This document shows, one piece after another, positions 1-9,875 of a DNA stretch of 64,000 nucleotides. The DNA lies in the IMG/VR virus record IMGVR_UViG_2541047850_000005, positions 1 through 64,000 of that record; one strand, given 5' to 3'. Every line of letters begins with the position of its first letter. Within the stretch, counting starts at the first letter, position 1. The notes beneath the pieces were generated by a model. That model did not search any database. It saw only the letters and a program-made list of their open reading frames with translations, and was not told the origin of the DNA. The translations under genes and the position numbers were made by a program. This DNA comes from a virus. Taxonomy: Duplodnaviria > Heunggongvirae > Uroviricota > Caudoviricetes.

Positions 1-771
1 ACCCTCGACAATATCAGAAAGATTTGTCGAGGGTTCGGACTTTCCCTATGTCTGAACGATTAAATATTAACAGCAATTAAATATTTTGTATATGTTATTC
101 TTCTGGTGGCACGACAAAATCATCGAGCTTATTCTTTTCGTCTCGAAGCAACTTGATTTCTTCTTCTGTTATACATTTGTCATAATCTGTTTGTTCAGAA
201 TGGCACAGTGTAACCGCGAATGGATAGCCGGTATAAGACAGTCCCCTAACAGGTTCTAGTTCACCGTTGTCTTTTTTCCTAAATTTGTAAAAGTCAGGAG
301 TGTCATAATTGGTGACGCTAACAAGAGCATATTTATCATTTTCTCTTGCATACACTTCACTAACACCTCTCGATTCGCCCAACTCTCTACTCACATATGT
401 CGAATCACTTGCAGCATCAAACACAGCCTGACCTAATGGAGTTTTTTTTAAATCATCTATTTTCTCTTTTTCCTTCCTGATTTTAGATTCGTTTTCCAGA
501 TAAAGTTTCACACCATTTTCTTTACATGCTAGATTTTGGCGTTCAAAACGTAATCGTTCTCTTGCCGAGTTGGTACTTTTATCCATTGCAACGAATACAA
601 TCGGGTTACGTTCACGAACATCAAAGATGTGTGCATTGAATGCGGTCGCACCTGTATAGGCGTTCAAGACGTTTTTACCATTCACCTCTCCACATACCAT
701 ATATGAATAGCTATTTGATCTTACCCACCAATAGTGGACACAGAACTAAGTGAGTAAACTCTCAGTTAGAG

Positions 772-1080
772 GTGACTCACATGACAAAAACAGTATCAAC
801 CAGTAAAAAACCCCGTAAACAGCATTCGCCTGAATTTCGCAGTGAAGCCCTGAAGCTTGCTGAACGCATCGGTGTTACTGCCGCAGCCCGTGAACTCAGC
901 CTGTATGAATCACTGCTCTACAACTGGCGCAGTAAACAGCAAAATCAGCAGACGTCTTCTGAACGTGAACTGGAGATGTCTACCGAGATTGCACGTCTCA
1001 AACGCCAGCTGGCAGAACGGGATGAAGAGCTGGCTATCCTCCAAAAGGCCGCGACATACTTCGCGAAGCGCCTGAAATGA
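772..1080 (+). CDS. insE: IS3 transposase OrfA (HTH DNA-binding subunit)
   Basis: 102-aa ORF, sequence matches remembered IS3 OrfA (..[34 protein letters not shown]..); leucine-zipper-like C-terminus. Confidence 0.9.
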   Translation: MTHMTKTVSTSKKPRKQHSPEFRSEALKLAERIGVTAAARELSLYESLLYNWRSKQQNQQTSSERELEMSTEIARLKRQLAERDEELAILQKAATYFAKRLK

Positions 1081-1943
1081 AGTATGTCTTTATTGAAAAA
1101 CATCAGGCTGAGTTCAGCATCAAAGCAATGTGCCGCGTGCTCCGGGTGGCCCGCAGCGGCTGGTATACGTGGTGTCAGCGGCGGACAAGGATAAGCACGC
1201 GTCAGCAGTTCCGCCAACACTGCGACAGCGTTGTCCTCGCGGCTTTTACCCGGTCAAAACAGCGTTACGGTGCCCCACGCCTGACGGATGAACTGCGTGC
1301 TCAGGGTTACCCCTTTAACGTAAAAACCGTGGCGGCAAGCCTGCGCCGTCAGGGACTGAGGGCAAAGGCCTCCCGGAAGTTCAGCCCGGTCAGCTACCGC
1401 GCACACGGCCTGCCTGTGTCAGAAAATCTGTTGGAGCAGGATTTTTACGCCAGTGGCCCGAACCAGAAGTGGGCAGGAGACATCACGTACTTACATACAG
1501 ATGAAGGCTGGCTGTATCTGGCAGTGGTCATTGACCTGTGGTCACGTGCCGTTATTGGCTGGTCAATGTCGCCACGCATGACGGCGCAACTGGCCTGCGA
1601 TGCCCTACAGATGGCGCTGTGGCGGCGTAAGAGGCCCCGGAACGTTATCGTTCACACTGACCGTGGAGGCCAGTACTGTTCAGCAGATTATCAGGCGCAA
1701 CTGAAGCGGCATAATCTGCGTGGAAGTATGAGCGCAAAAGGTTGCTGCTACGATAATGCCTGCGTGGAAAGCTTCTTTCATTCGCTGAAAGTGGAATGTA
1801 TCCATGGAGAACACTTTATCAGCCGGGAAATAATGCGGGCAACGGTGTTTAATTATATCGAATGTGATTACAATCGGTGGCGGCGGCACAGTTGGTGTGG
1901 CGGCCTCAGTCCGGAACAATTTGAAAACCAGAACCTCGCTTAG
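1077..1943 (+). CDS. insF: IS3 transposase OrfB (DDE catalytic subunit)
   Basis: 288-aa ORF overlapping orfA stop (ATGA); DDE integrase-core motifs (..WAGDITYL.., ..HTDRGGQY.., ..DNACVESFF..). Confidence 0.9.
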   Translation: MKYVFIEKHQAEFSIKAMCRVLRVARSGWYTWCQRRTRISTRQQFRQHCDSVVLAAFTRSKQRYGAPRLTDELRAQGYPFNVKTVAASLRRQGLRAKASRKFSPVSYRAHGLPVSENLLEQDFYASGPNQKWAGDITYLHTDEGWLYLAVVIDLWSRAVIGWSMSPRMTAQLACDALQMALWRRKRPRNVIVHTDRGGQYCSADYQAQLKRHNLRGSMSAKGCCYDNACVESFFHSLKVECIHGEHFISREIMRATVFNYIECDYNRWRRHSWCGGLSPEQFENQNLA

Positions 1944-2258
1944 ACCTGTGTCCATATTACGTGGGTAGGATCAATTTTCACCTAACTGAATAGCTCGCAT
2001 ATTCGTGAACCGACCAGCATCAGGATCTAGCAGTGTAGAGCGAATATCCTTTTCAACTAGATCTATGGCTCGCTCTTCATCAGAATCACAACCTGTTAAT
2101 AGTAAAGCCGCTATTAACAATGCTAATGAGTATTTTTTATTCACCCCATTCTTCATGAAACTTATTCCATAATCAATTTTTGGTGGAATGTACGGTTAGT
2201 CTGTCTACGCATCATAGAGATGTATATAATGACCAAAAAAGACTTAAAAAGGTAGACT

Positions 2259-2777
2259 ATGGTTAAAGACATCACCTACGGCATACCGGCTGAAGTCTGG
2301 CCGCGAGACTACGAACATGCTGAGCGCACCTTGCTCTTCTGGCGGAGTGCAAAATTTCCTGTAAGAGTCACTCTCGAAGACGGCCAAGTGTTTTGCATGT
2401 ATGTCTACGGGCTATTGAGCGCAAGAAATAAGCTGAACCTCACACCAGATCCGCTTAGCAACACAAATCGTATAAGGCTCCCTCTTGAGCGCATTAGCAC
2501 AATTGAGTCGGGCATAGAAGAGGTTGACACTTCATTCACAGGTCGACTAACGCTAAACAATGAACAGATGGTTAATCAGCCATCACGTCGTGACTTTTTT
2601 AAGATATGTCGTCAGGCTTACCAAAACGGCAAATCTATAAGGGTCTACATGGCAGACGGTCGCGAAATTGAGGGAACGTCAGATGGCGTTGACGCCTGTC
2701 TAGTCACACTTAAGTTGGAAGACGGTAGAAAAATACTTATTTTCTTCGATTGGGTTGAACGAATCCTTCCGTTTTAA
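2259..2777 (+). CDS. hypothetical protein (172 aa, internally repeated)
   Basis: ORF with upstream AT-rich promoter-like region; no recognised domain. Confidence 0.5.
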   Translation: MVKDITYGIPAEVWPRDYEHAERTLLFWRSAKFPVRVTLEDGQVFCMYVYGLLSARNKLNLTPDPLSNTNRIRLPLERISTIESGIEEVDTSFTGRLTLNNEQMVNQPSRRDFFKICRQAYQNGKSIRVYMADGREIEGTSDGVDACLVTLKLEDGRKILIFFDWVERILPF

Positions 2778-3075
2778 TTTCTATAAGGGTAATAATCGGC
2801 TAAGTCCGGTTATTATTTTACATGCCATTCGTTTAACACTCATTCAATTCTCCCCCGTATAAATATATAAGGTCAAAAGCCGGAATTTATTATTTATTTA
2901 GGGAACACCTTCGACGATCTAACTTTTATTTCTAGGACTTTCATCCCTGCAAAAAAACTTAAAAAAAACACTTGCAATCTTTTTTCGCGTATCGATAATT
3001 GAACGCATCAGGAACGAGTGCAAAACACTTTCTTTCTTGAGTTAAATTTTAATATTTATACTAAGGAATAAAATC

Positions 3076-3726
3076 ATGACTAACATTATCATTTCTAAAA
3101 AATCCATCATTGAAGCTGCTTCCATTGTATCCGATGAACTGCGCGAAAAAGCAGATCTGGCAACTCAAACATATAACGACCATTATAAAAATGGTACGCA
3201 CACTAAAGCAGACAAAGCAAATATGCAAGCTGCGACCACTAAACTTGCTTACTTCATCAACAACGTCGTAAACGCAGTAGAAGACGAAAAATTATGCTCT
3301 GTTTTCTACTATGCGATTAAAGCAAGTAAACAAGCGCCAGAAGTATTTTTCCGTGATGCTATGACTAATAGTTATTCACTGGAAAAACTGGTTTATCTGG
3401 TTAAATCCATTAAAGCTGGTAAATGTGTTTATTCCGTCGCTGATATGTCTGGATCTCGTGTATTCGCTTTAATCGATATGATTAACGACGAGATCGACAC
3501 GTTCACCAATGGCGCTGTTTTCGATTTAATGAATGAAGCTAAAAAAGCGTGTGAAATTAAATTGGACGCTGGCTATACTCAAGCCAACCAGTTGATCAAT
3601 CTTTGCGAACGTCTTGGACTTGTTGAAAAAGTCAAAGGAGCTGGGATCGCAAAAGCTGGTACTCAGCAATATCGCTTCATTAAAAATGATTTCTACAATT
3701 ATTTAGCTGATGCTTTCAAAGCGTAA
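3076..3726 (+). CDS. hypothetical protein (216 aa)
   Basis: ORF preceded by GGAAT-type RBS (aaggaataaaatcATG); AT-rich; followed by hairpin. Confidence 0.55.
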   Translation: MTNIIISKKSIIEAASIVSDELREKADLATQTYNDHYKNGTHTKADKANMQAATTKLAYFINNVVNAVEDEKLCSVFYYAIKASKQAPEVFFRDAMTNSYSLEKLVYLVKSIKAGKCVYSVADMSGSRVFALIDMINDEIDTFTNGAVFDLMNEAKKACEIKLDAGYTQANQLINLCERLGLVEKVKGAGIAKAGTQQYRFIKNDFYNYLADAFKA

Positions 3727-3773
3727 TTAATGGAATCAAGCGCCCATAGTGGGCGCTTTAAAGGAGCTTTAAA

Positions 3774-3977
3774 ATGATCAGCTATGACAAGATCCGCGCG
3801 GAATATCGCGCAAAGTATCGCGCTTATAAACTGGAATTAATCGATGATTTGATCGCGCAACGCGACCAATTAAATTTTACGTTTTCTGATTTGCTTAACA
3901 GCAAGCAAGATTGCAAGCGCAAACGTGAATACTTACGTTTAAGCGCATTAATCGGAAAACTTCAAAATTCTATTTAA
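3774..3977 (+). CDS. hypothetical small protein (67 aa)
   Basis: ORF with RBS aaaggagc upstream. Confidence 0.4.
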   Translation: MISYDKIRAEYRAKYRAYKLELIDDLIAQRDQLNFTFSDLLNSKQDCKRKREYLRLSALIGKLQNSI

Positions 3978-3998
3978 TTTTTTTTAAGGAGCTTAATC

Positions 3999-4229
3999 AT
4001 GTTTGTTCTTATCGCTGGCGTTAACGTCCATAATGAATATTATGTTAATCGCATCGCTGGGATCGCTGGTTACGCTGGGCGCGCAGTCGAGCTTATAGAT
4101 GAAACGACGCGCAAAATTGACTTATTGAGCGACCAGGAGCGAAAAAAAGCAGACGTGAACGACGCTGATATATTTTTAATGTTAAAAGCGTTTGTAGAAA
4201 TGGGGTTTAAAATCAGTTTACACAAATAA
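3999..4229 (+). CDS. hypothetical small protein (76 aa)
   Basis: ORF with RBS ttaaggagc upstream; followed by strong terminator. Confidence 0.4.
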   Translation: MFVLIAGVNVHNEYYVNRIAGIAGYAGRAVELIDETTRKIDLLSDQERKKADVNDADIFLMLKAFVEMGFKISLHK

Positions 4230-4233
4230 AATC

Positions 4234-4258
4234 GAGCGCCCACTATGGGCGCTTTTTT
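4234..4258 (+). terminator. rho-independent terminator (GAGCGCCCA-cta-TGGGCGCTT + T6)
   Basis: 8-bp GC-rich stem followed by TTTTTT; a near-identical hairpin occurs at ~3739..3759 and a second hairpin+T-run at ~4282..4306. Confidence 0.6.
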
Positions 4259-4844
4259 CGTTTCCAATACACCTACCATAACGCGCCAATGATGGCGCGT
4301 TTTTATTGTCTTTAACTCACTCCAACAACATAAAAATAAGCGCCAAAATAACGCCATAGACGCGATTTTATATCCTTGCCAGTACACACCCATTACTTAA
4401 CACATTAACGCGCTTAAAACGCGTTATATTGCGCTATAGAGTATGGTTAATCATTGGCTTTTAGTCTTGCTTTATGATCCGCGTTTATTTGTCGGCGCGG
4501 ATCGGCATTTTGTTTTGTTCCGTATCCGCTCGCGTATTATGTGCGCGTGATTTTTCACATAATCACACCACTTAATCACGTATGTGATTACGCTACGAAA
4601 GAAATCTGGATGTCTCAGGCGACGAAAGTCATAATAATTTTCCCCGCTCACCTGTCCGACAACCGCTGGTTGGATTCCACCAGCTTCCCGATGTTTTTTC
4701 TACATAAAGGCGAATGCAGCCGTTTCCCGAAAAAATCCTGGCCGTTTCCCGTCGGCTAATGAATACGTTCCTCGCCGTTTCTGAAAATTTCCCTACGGCA
4801 GCTGATGGATATAGAGAAAGGGCCGTTTCTGGCCCTCTTCTCAG

Positions 4845-5327
4845 TTACACGCCATCAAGGATGTGGATGCGGTTGCTTGCGTATACATTCAGCATAAAGT
4901 TAGCGCAAAACAGTTTCCATGTATCAACGCCAGCGGTATACGTAATGTTTTTGCATTTAATTGCATTGTTGGCGATCCGCATCCCCTGCGATACTGCTTC
5001 ATCGTCGGAAAATTTGAACGACGATTGAGTTTTAATCCAGACAGAAATCTGCGTAGCGAACTCAATCAGCTTGGACTGGCAGAATCGCCCGGAGCGCACC
5101 GGAAAGACGAACGTTCCGAATCCAGAATTTACCACATACGCTTTCTCAAATACCCGCGAGTAACGACGATTGCCAATGATGTCGCGTGCAATAATGCATT
5201 TTTCTTGTGCTGACAGTTCTACCGTCTCATTGTCGCGCCATGCACCAAGTACTCGTTTTTCAATGTCAGAGAACGTTACAGCGATATTGCCATGTGCGGG
5301 TGCGTTTACAGTAGCGATAAAATTCAT
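4845..5327 (-). CDS. hypothetical protein (160 aa)
   Basis: ATG at 5325..5327 with AAGGAA RBS; conserved AACAAATTGTTTTC motif upstream. Confidence 0.5.
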   Translation of the reverse strand: MNFIATVNAPAHGNIAVTFSDIEKRVLGAWRDNETVELSAQEKCIIARDIIGNRRYSRVFEKAYVVNSGFGTFVFPVRSGRFCQSKLIEFATQISVWIKTQSSFKFSDDEAVSQGMRIANNAIKCKNITYTAGVDTWKLFCANFMLNVYASNRIHILDGV

Positions 5328-5677
5328 GATTAATTCCTTATCGTAAATAACAAATTGTTTTCTTGTTGGCGTTAATTATCGTTGTACGAATAAGGCATCA
5401 AAGTGGAAAGTTGCGGTAGCCGGACGGGAACAGGTGGGTTTGTCGGTTGCCTGGAGGTAAGAGGTTGGTGTTTTTAGCCTGCGGGAAACAGGATGGTCAT
5501 TTAAGGCCACCAGCAGTGGTGGCCTTAATAATTATCGACCGATTACGCTAAGGATCTTTTCCTCAACTGATTTGTTGTTGCGACTAAACTGCCTTGCGTA
5601 TCTGATGACAGAAGAGGCGTTTTGCTTTCTGACTATCTCGGCTCTTTCCTTCAGGCGTTTCTTGAAATCGCCCATAT

Positions 5678-6052
5678 TTACCACCAGGCGCAGAAGGTCA
5701 GTCTGTTATTGTGAAAGTCGTGGTTCTTAATCAGCTCTTCCACAAGTTTTTTCAACTCCCCCACGTCATGCCAGTACCCTTCATCGTACTCCTGACTGCC
5801 GAAGAAAAAACCTTCACAGGTAGGTAAGTACTCTTCGCAGTTACTTTCGTTCATGTGCATCAAATGAGCTTTCAGAGCACAAATGTCATTCATCGTTAAT
5901 TCTAAAAGCTCACAATTTTTGACTTCACCTACGTTGCGTTCCATCCACCCAAAGAGAGCATTGAACTTACGGAAGTAAGCAACCTTCTTTCTGGATGCAT
6001 CGTTATTCAGATCGTTTTTTGGTTGCGTCTCAATGTAGATATCAAGTCCCAT
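5678..6052 (-). CDS. hypothetical protein (124 aa, Cys/His-containing)
   Basis: ATG start with AAGGAAACC RBS and upstream palindromic motif. Confidence 0.5.
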   Translation of the reverse strand: MGLDIYIETQPKNDLNNDASRKKVAYFRKFNALFGWMERNVGEVKNCELLELTMNDICALKAHLMHMNESNCEEYLPTCEGFFFGSQEYDEGYWHDVGELKKLVEELIKNHDFHNNRLTFCAWW

Positions 6053-6170
6053 GATGGTTTCCTTATCAAGTTGCTTTCAGTGAAAGCATTTTCACAAATC
6101 AGATAAGGCAGAAAACAAATTGTTATCGGGCATAAGAAAATGGCGCGGTTTACGCGCCATTCAAAGAGGA

Positions 6171-6566
6171 TTAAGCGAATACGCTTTCAGGGATTAAGGT
6201 GTCAGCAGGAATGCCGGAGGTAATGCGCAGACCATACTGACCAATCCAGGTAGTGTTAGTGTTCAGACTGGAAGCGAATACGGTGTTAACCATATTCATC
6301 ATGGTTTCAAACACCTCTTTATTCACCTTACGGAAGTAACTTTCAATTTTCAACAACAACGGGTCCGTTGCATCAAAAATGGACTGATATTGCGCCTCAT
6401 ATTCCCCGCCTGATGTATCTCCTTTACGCACAATAGTACTTGCCTGAACTTCAGTTCCAGTTTCGGTGTTGTACGTAACGACGGTGATTTTAGCTACATT
6501 CTTACCTTCGGCGCTTTCTGAAGCATAGTAGACATCAACTGTCAGGTTTTCTCGTTTAACGCTCAT
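6171..6566 (-). CDS. hypothetical protein (131 aa; start moved to internal ATG with GGAGAG RBS)
   Basis: ORF track 6171..6578; ATG at 6566 has a better Shine-Dalgarno. Confidence 0.5.
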   Translation of the reverse strand: MSVKRENLTVDVYYASESAEGKNVAKITVVTYNTETGTEVQASTIVRKGDTSGGEYEAQYQSIFDATDPLLLKIESYFRKVNKEVFETMMNMVNTVFASSLNTNTTWIGQYGLRITSGIPADTLIPESVFA

Positions 6567-6692
6567 ATCACTCTCCATAGTGTCTTGGTTATTTTTCTAT
6601 TTTATAGACATAGGTATGTACTTACAATACAAAAAAAACCCGTAAGGATGGCGGGGCTGTCGTACTGTCGACTAATTACCACTTGCACATTA

Positions 6693-7004
6693 TCAGGCTA
6701 TTGCCATCACTGATGCTCTCTGAATCTCTTGCTGGGCCACGCGGTTAACTTCCATCAAAGCCAGTTCGAGCTGATGTTCCGGCCACATTCTTTGAAATGC
6801 CATCCAGCCTTTTCCACGCTGGCGACGAACATTCATTACATAACGAGTAAAGGTGTTTTTATCGAAAGACACCGCTGTTTCACGGAACAGACGAATAGAG
6901 GTTCCATTGGCAACGATGTCCAGCAAAGTTAATTGAGCAACCAGCGCAGGCTTCTCTTTTCTCTTCTGGTCTTTGTCCAGACCAAGAACCAATGATTTTT
7001 TCAT
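6693..7004 (-). CDS. hypothetical protein (103 aa; ATG start MKKSLVLG)
   Basis: track ORF begins at a TTG; in-frame ATG at 7004 has GGAG RBS and the conserved motif just upstream. Confidence 0.5.
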   Translation of the reverse strand: MKKSLVLGLDKDQKRKEKPALVAQLTLLDIVANGTSIRLFRETAVSFDKNTFTRYVMNVRRQRGKGWMAFQRMWPEHQLELALMEVNRVAQQEIQRASVMAIA

Positions 7005-7157
7005 CACAACTCCGTAAACAACTTGTTTTCTCAATGTCGTAAATAATACCAGTAAGAAAACGGCTACAAAGCATATTGATCAGGTGCATGAGCGATATGC
7101 AGGTTCTTCCCTGCGGCTATAGAGAAATTAAGCCAGCAATGCTGGCTTTGGTTGGGA

Positions 7158-7487
7158 TTACGCGAATACCTCAAGAAACTCCTGAACGTCCCAATGCTGG
7201 ACGAGGTGAAGATAGACCTTAGAAATCACGTCATTTTCACTATCGCATGTGAAGTAGTACTTCTGGCTGCGGTTGTATGTGTCCACACAAAATTCGCTCA
7301 TATCCATAAAGTCAGCATCTTCACCCATGTCGCAAATCATCAAAGCAGGTGCGTCATCACGAGTCATCAGCTCCAGCACCCATATTGAATTAATCAGAGT
7401 GGAAGACCAACCTTCCAGCTCATAAAACTGGTCAAACTCTTTTTGAGTCAATTTCTTAATTTGGTTGATGTCGATATTTGCAAACAT
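7158..7487 (-). CDS. hypothetical acidic protein (109 aa; start MFANIDIN)
   Basis: in-frame ATG at 7487 preceded by AAGGAT RBS and the conserved motif. Confidence 0.5.
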   Translation of the reverse strand: MFANIDINQIKKLTQKEFDQFYELEGWSSTLINSIWVLELMTRDDAPALMICDMGEDADFMDMSEFCVDTYNRSQKYYFTCDSENDVISKVYLHLVQHWDVQEFLEVFA

Positions 7488-7626
7488 AAAGCAATCCTTA
7501 AACATGTTGTTTTCTGAATTACGTAAACAATACCAGTAAGAAAACGGCCACAAAGTATATCGTTACGGTGCTGCGCTGCCCCGGAGGTTAATAGCGACAA
7601 AAGCCACCGTGCTGGTGGCCTCACTC

Positions 7627-7845
7627 TTAATCTTGGTCGTCCGGGAACTCGCTGTGTACCGCGCCAACCAGCTCCCGCTTTTCATCTTCACTCAGCAGGT
7701 GCCAGATATCCTTCCCTTTGGGCGATTCCCCTTCTGCCGGGACGAACGACCACAACTTGCGGTACAACTCCGGCCCCACTGCATCCAGACACTCAGCCAG
7801 GGAATCCACGCCCCACACCTCAACCGTCACAGGCATCTTAATCAT
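7627..7845 (-). CDS. hypothetical small protein (72 aa)
   Basis: ORF with GAGGA RBS. Confidence 0.45.
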   Translation of the reverse strand: MIKMPVTVEVWGVDSLAECLDAVGPELYRKLWSFVPAEGESPKGKDIWHLLSEDEKRELVGAVHSEFPDDQD

Positions 7846-8439
7846 CTCTTCATCCTCACTTCGTTTCTATAACGTCTAAATATGCTGTTTACTTGTTGGT
7901 GTTATTATCGCAATAAGACAAAGGCGAAAAAGGATTTTATGTCGGGAAAGCCAGGCTGGGCAGTGAATATCCGGGAACGACACGAGAGCCAGTATTTACG
8001 ATATTCTGCTCTACGCACGCCGCGGGGCTGGTGGGCAGAATAATCCTCTCCCCGAAAACCTACTGAAATCGATTGTGACCCGCTGGCTGTCTGGCACAAT
8101 TACGCTGTATCTGGCATTCAGAGGGAATCCAGCGGTAAGCAAGTCAGCCTGCACGTGAGCGTCTCTCTTCTTCCCGCACATTACAGGTGGGTAGCTGCAA
8201 CTCTCTCTCGCTATACCGGTACGCCGCCGTTCCTGAACCGGCATCGAGCCTTTTCCCGAAATCCACACAGGCAACTCGACCGTTTCCCTGAAAATCCCCA
8301 GCCGTTTCTGTAGCGTATGCAACCTTTTCTCTGTATGGACCGAAGGCTGACCGTAGGGGTGTTACGGGGGATGATGGTAAGATGTTGAATAAATACGAAA
8401 AAGGAGGCGACACCCCTCCTTCCCTCCCCACTTATACAT

Positions 8440-9300
8440 ACCTTGCTTCTTCGCTATACATGTTGTGTTTTCTTCGTGTTTTATCTGTCTCAACCTCTCT
8501 ATAGGCGTTAATGCTTACTCCTTCCAGAACGTTCTATACGGCGACTATTTCTGTTGGTGAATTGGGTGTGTTGTTTTCTCTGTCGATGTATGTGGTTTCG
8601 TTCGTTTTGCGGTGGTTCTTCTATGGGGTGTTCTCGTCGTTTTGGTGATTGTTCTTCTCCGTGTATGGAGTAATGGCAGGTGGGCGATTCCTTTCGTTAT
8701 TGTGTTTGAGTTGTTTGTCTGGAGTGTGTGAAGGGCTTTTGTAGTTATTCGTGTATTGGGTAATGGCGTTTCCCGTGATTGTTATGTTTCGTGTCTTTTG
8801 GGATTGAGAGAAACCTTGCGGTTACAGGCTTCGTTGGGGTTTCAGCGGTTCAGGTGTTTCTTCGCTGTTTGGGTAATGGCGTGTCGTGGGTATCGCGCGT
8901 ATGAATGTTTTCGGATTGCCTGTGAAAGTTAGGTTGGTTATCCGGTAGCCTGGGAAGAAGAGGTGGGGTCTTTTCGGTAGCCTGCCATAAAGAGGTTGGT
9001 TGTTTTGGGTAATGGCATATGTGTTATTTGGTTGTTTTGTTATGCCTGAAAATAAGTTGTTTATATGGTTGTGTAACGCAACGGGAGCGATTTTGAGCGT
9101 GTGTTTTTGTTGGTAGTGTGTTGAGTCGTCTGTGGTGAAAATTGGACGCTGTGGAGCTGTCTGCTGCGTAGGTTTACGGGTATAAGAAGTGATGTGTGAA
9201 AACGTCAATTTTTTAGACCAAATCGGGAGAAAGCGTTGATGTTTCGTTGATCTGTTATTTAGTTGTTTTCTTATTGGTATAAACAACTGTAACCTATTGA
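8440..9300. repeat. strongly G+T-skewed non-coding tract with degenerate ~100-135 bp repeats (recurring GGGTAATGGC core)
   Basis: plus strand nearly devoid of C/A runs; GGGTAATGGC-like core recurs at ~8664, ~8762, ~8872, ~9008; CGGTAGCCTG repeated twice. Confidence 0.5.
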
Positions 9301-9414
9301 TATTTAAGGATGTGATTGCAGGCATGGAAGGGGAGTAGTGGCGATCAACGGATTCTTATAGAAAAGAATCAAATTGTGACCGCCATTATCAACGGTTTGA
9401 ATATGTTTGCAGAT

Positions 9415-9714
9415 TTACCAGTTCCAGCACTCAAGCCCTTCAACGACCGGCGCACCACAATCAAAATGTACAGAGTCAAAGCCTACATCAAGTACTTTCT
9501 GAATGTTAGCAATCGCGCCTTCGGATATACCATATCGACGCAAGTCGTCTTTCCAGACATCATCCTGTAACCCGGCGTGGACAATACAACCGCCATCAAT
9601 TTGTGAAACCCAATCCAGCTCATTGCTTGCGATCATGAATCGGCGAGCATCTTCCTCTGATGTATGAGATGAACTGATCAATGCCACCTGGTAGGCTTGG
9701 GTAATGTTCAACAT
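9415..9714 (-). CDS. hypothetical protein (99 aa; start MLNITQ)
   Basis: in-frame ATG with GGAG RBS; two copies of conserved motif upstream (9727..9790). Confidence 0.5.
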   Translation of the reverse strand: MLNITQAYQVALISSSHTSEEDARRFMIASNELDWVSQIDGGCIVHAGLQDDVWKDDLRRYGISEGAIANIQKVLDVGFDSVHFDCGAPVVEGLECWNW

Positions 9715-9823
9715 TTCAACCACTCCAAAACAAGTTGTTTTCTTATGTGGCTTATTATCTCTAACAACAAAAGGCAGAAAACAAATTGTTTTAGGTACTG
9801 TGTAAATCAGAAGGGATTGTGTC

Positions 9824-9854
9824 TATATGAAAATGCCCGGCGTGTTGCCGGGCA
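9824..9854 (-). terminator. rho-independent terminator downstream of metG
   Basis: hairpin ATGCCCGGC-N5-GCCGGGCAT followed by TTTT on the minus strand. Confidence 0.6.
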
Positions 9855-9875
9855 TTGCGAAGAGAGGTTGCTTAA

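Larger units (their letters stand above)
716..1973 (+). mobile_element. IS3-family insertion sequence (~1258 bp), imperfect terminal inverted repeats TGATCTTACCCAC.. / ..GTGGGTAGGATCA, 3-bp target duplication ATT
   Basis: orfA/orfB overlapping ATGA arrangement typical of IS3; terminal IRs read directly; flanking ATT at 713..715 and 1974..1976. Confidence 0.9.
95..2156 (-). pseudogene. lipoprotein gene interrupted by IS3 (N-terminal part 1974..2156 with lipobox LLTGC; C-terminal part 95..715)
   Basis: 61-aa ORF with lipoprotein signal ends 2 nt inside the IS3 right end; the same frame resumes left of IS3 (..LGEN|SYFYMVCGEV..); ATT duplicated at both junctions. Confidence 0.6.

Noticed and set aside
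857-1955. ORFs 857..1075(+), 945..1220(-), 1680..1955(-) inside IS3
   Set aside because: Overlap the IS3 orfA/orfB frames on alternate frames or strand; IS3 is known to encode only OrfA/OrfB.
5678-7487. CbtA/CbeA-type (YeeV/YeeU) toxin-antitoxin pair among the small left-region ORFs
   Set aside because: Sizes (103-124 aa) fit, but the sequences do not match what I recall of CbtA/CbeA or YkfI/YafW; not called.
8011-9325. ORFs 8011..8322, 8144..8431 and 8822..9325 on the minus strand
   Set aside because: They lie in the G+T-skewed tract and its flank; translations are Pro/Thr/Gln/Asn low-complexity products of the compositional skew, with no RBS or start context.
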